From Actinomycetales bacterium (GTDB lineage Bacteria; Actinomycetota; Actinomycetes; Actinomycetales; CAVURS01), in NCBI GenBank assembly GCA_045807245.1, contig JBJMHS010000038.1, positions 1 through 37,481 of the forward strand: a DNA stretch of 37,481 nt. The letters are read 5' to 3'. Every line of letters starts with the position of its first letter. The stretch's first letter is position 1. Shown one piece after another: positions 36,347-37,481 of this stretch. Below the pieces are notes generated by a model that did not search any database, had not been told where the DNA came from, and was given only the letters and a program-made list of their open reading frames with translations. A program made the position numbers and the translations under genes.

Positions 36347-37481
36347 ATGAGCACAGCGACGACGGCGCAAACAGCGCCGGAGCAGCAGGTCTGGCCGGGC
36401 AAGGCCTATCCCCTCGGAGCAACTTTCGACGGCACGGGGGTGAACTTCGCCCTCTTCTCCGAGGTCGCCGAACGGATCGAGCTCGTCCTGGTCGACGACA
36501 ACGGCTCGACCCGCTCGGTCGACCTGGCCGAGGTGGACGCCTTCGTCTGGCACACGTACCTGCCGGGCGTGCAGCCCGGCCAGCGCTACGGCTACCGCGT
36601 GCACGGGCCGTTCGAGCCGTCCCAGGGCCATCGCTGCAACCCCAGCAAGCTGCTCCTCGACCCGTACGCCAAGGCGATCGACGGGCAGATCGACGGAGAC
36701 CAGTCGCTGTTCTCCTACGACTTCAAGGACCCCAACGCCGTCAACCTCGACGACAGCCTGAGGCACACCATGCTGTCGGTCGTCGTGAACCCGTTCTTCG
36801 ACTGGGGCAACGACCGCGCACCCGGCCACGGGTACCACGAGACGGTCATCTACGAGGCGCACGTCAAGGGCCTCACCAAGCTGCACCCCGGCATCCCGCA
36901 GGAGATCCGCGGGACCTATGCCGCCCTGGGACATCCGGTGATGATCGACCATCTGCGCCGGCTCGGCGTGACGGCTATCGAGCTCATGCCGGTGCACCAG
37001 TTCGTCCAGGACCCGCATCTGGTCGACGAGGGGTTGGCGAACTACTGGGGCTACAACACGATCGGTTTCCTGGCACCGCACAACGGTTACGCGGCGTTCG
37101 GCACGCGCGGCCAGCAGGTGCAGGAGTTCAAGGGCATGGTGCGGGCCCTGCACGACGCCGACATCGAGGTGATCCTCGACGTGGTCTACAACCACACCGC
37201 GGAGGGCAACGAGCTCGGCCCGACGTTGTGCTTCCGCGGGATCGACAACGCGTCGTACTACCGGCTGGTCGACGAGGCGCCGGAGCACTACTACGACACG
37301 ACGGGCACCGGCAACAGCCTGCTCATGCGGCACCCGCACGTCCTGCAGCTGATCATGGACTCGTTGCGGTACTGGGTGACCGAGATGCACGACGACGGGT
37401 TCCGGTTCGACCTGGCCGCGACGCTGGCCAGGCAGTTCCACGAGGTCGACCGGCTGTCCGCCTTCTTCGACCTGGTGCAGC
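36347..37481 (+). CDS. glgX: Glycogen debranching enzyme (partial, runs off window)
   Basis: Manual translation: WPGKAYPLGATFDG, LLDPYAK, YEAHVKG, NYWGYN, DVVYNHTAEG, DGFRFDLA. Confidence 0.96.
   Translation, partial: MSTATTAQTAPEQQVWPGKAYPLGATFDGTGVNFALFSEVAERIELVLVDDNGSTRSVDLAEVDAFVWHTYLPGVQPGQRYGYRVHGPFEPSQGHRCNPSKLLLDPYAKAIDGQIDGDQSLFSYDFKDPNAVNLDDSLRHTMLSVVVNPFFDWGNDRAPGHGYHETVIYEAHVKGLTKLHPGIPQEIRGTYAALGHPVMIDHLRRLGVTAIELMPVHQFVQDPHLVDEGLANYWGYNTIGFLAPHNGYAAFGTRGQQVQEFKGMVRALHDADIEVILDVVYNHTAEGNELGPTLCFRGIDNASYYRLVDEAPEHYYDTTGTGNSLLMRHPHVLQLIMDSLRYWVTEMHDDGFRFDLAATLARQFHEVDRLSAFFDLVQ

Overview
High-GC actinomycete chromosomal segment (SsgA-family gene; tRNA-Gly/Cys/Val cluster near thrS). 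A ~28 kb accessory block lies between tRNA-Val(CAC) and thrS. Most of it (1.3-24.3 kb) is a choline/glycine betaine catabolic island: a ProVWX-type ABC importer, betA, betB, a GcvT-type dimethylglycine/sarcosine dehydrogenase with ETF, purU, metF and two IclR regulators. It also has a complete cobalamin-dependent demethylation module (non-pyrrolysine MttB/MtgB-like methyltransferase, corrinoid protein, pterin-binding methyltransferase, 2Fe-2S/ASKHA reactivase, DUF1638) and an orphan Rieske ferredoxin/reductase pair. The rest of the block holds a Cu(I) P1B-ATPase with a CsoR-type operator and a two-gene unit next to the tRNA: an MFS transporter fused to a cNMP-binding domain, followed by a class III nucleotidyl cyclase-like (DUF2652) gene. 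The right end is core-like: TIGR02611, ssgB-like, PabC/PabB-like, DinB, PAP2-like, three tRNAs, rsgA, YihY, partial glgX. Candidate IclR operators, GlnR/MtrA-type boxes and many leaderless promoters can be read from the sequence. All family assignments are from motif recognition; no database search was run.
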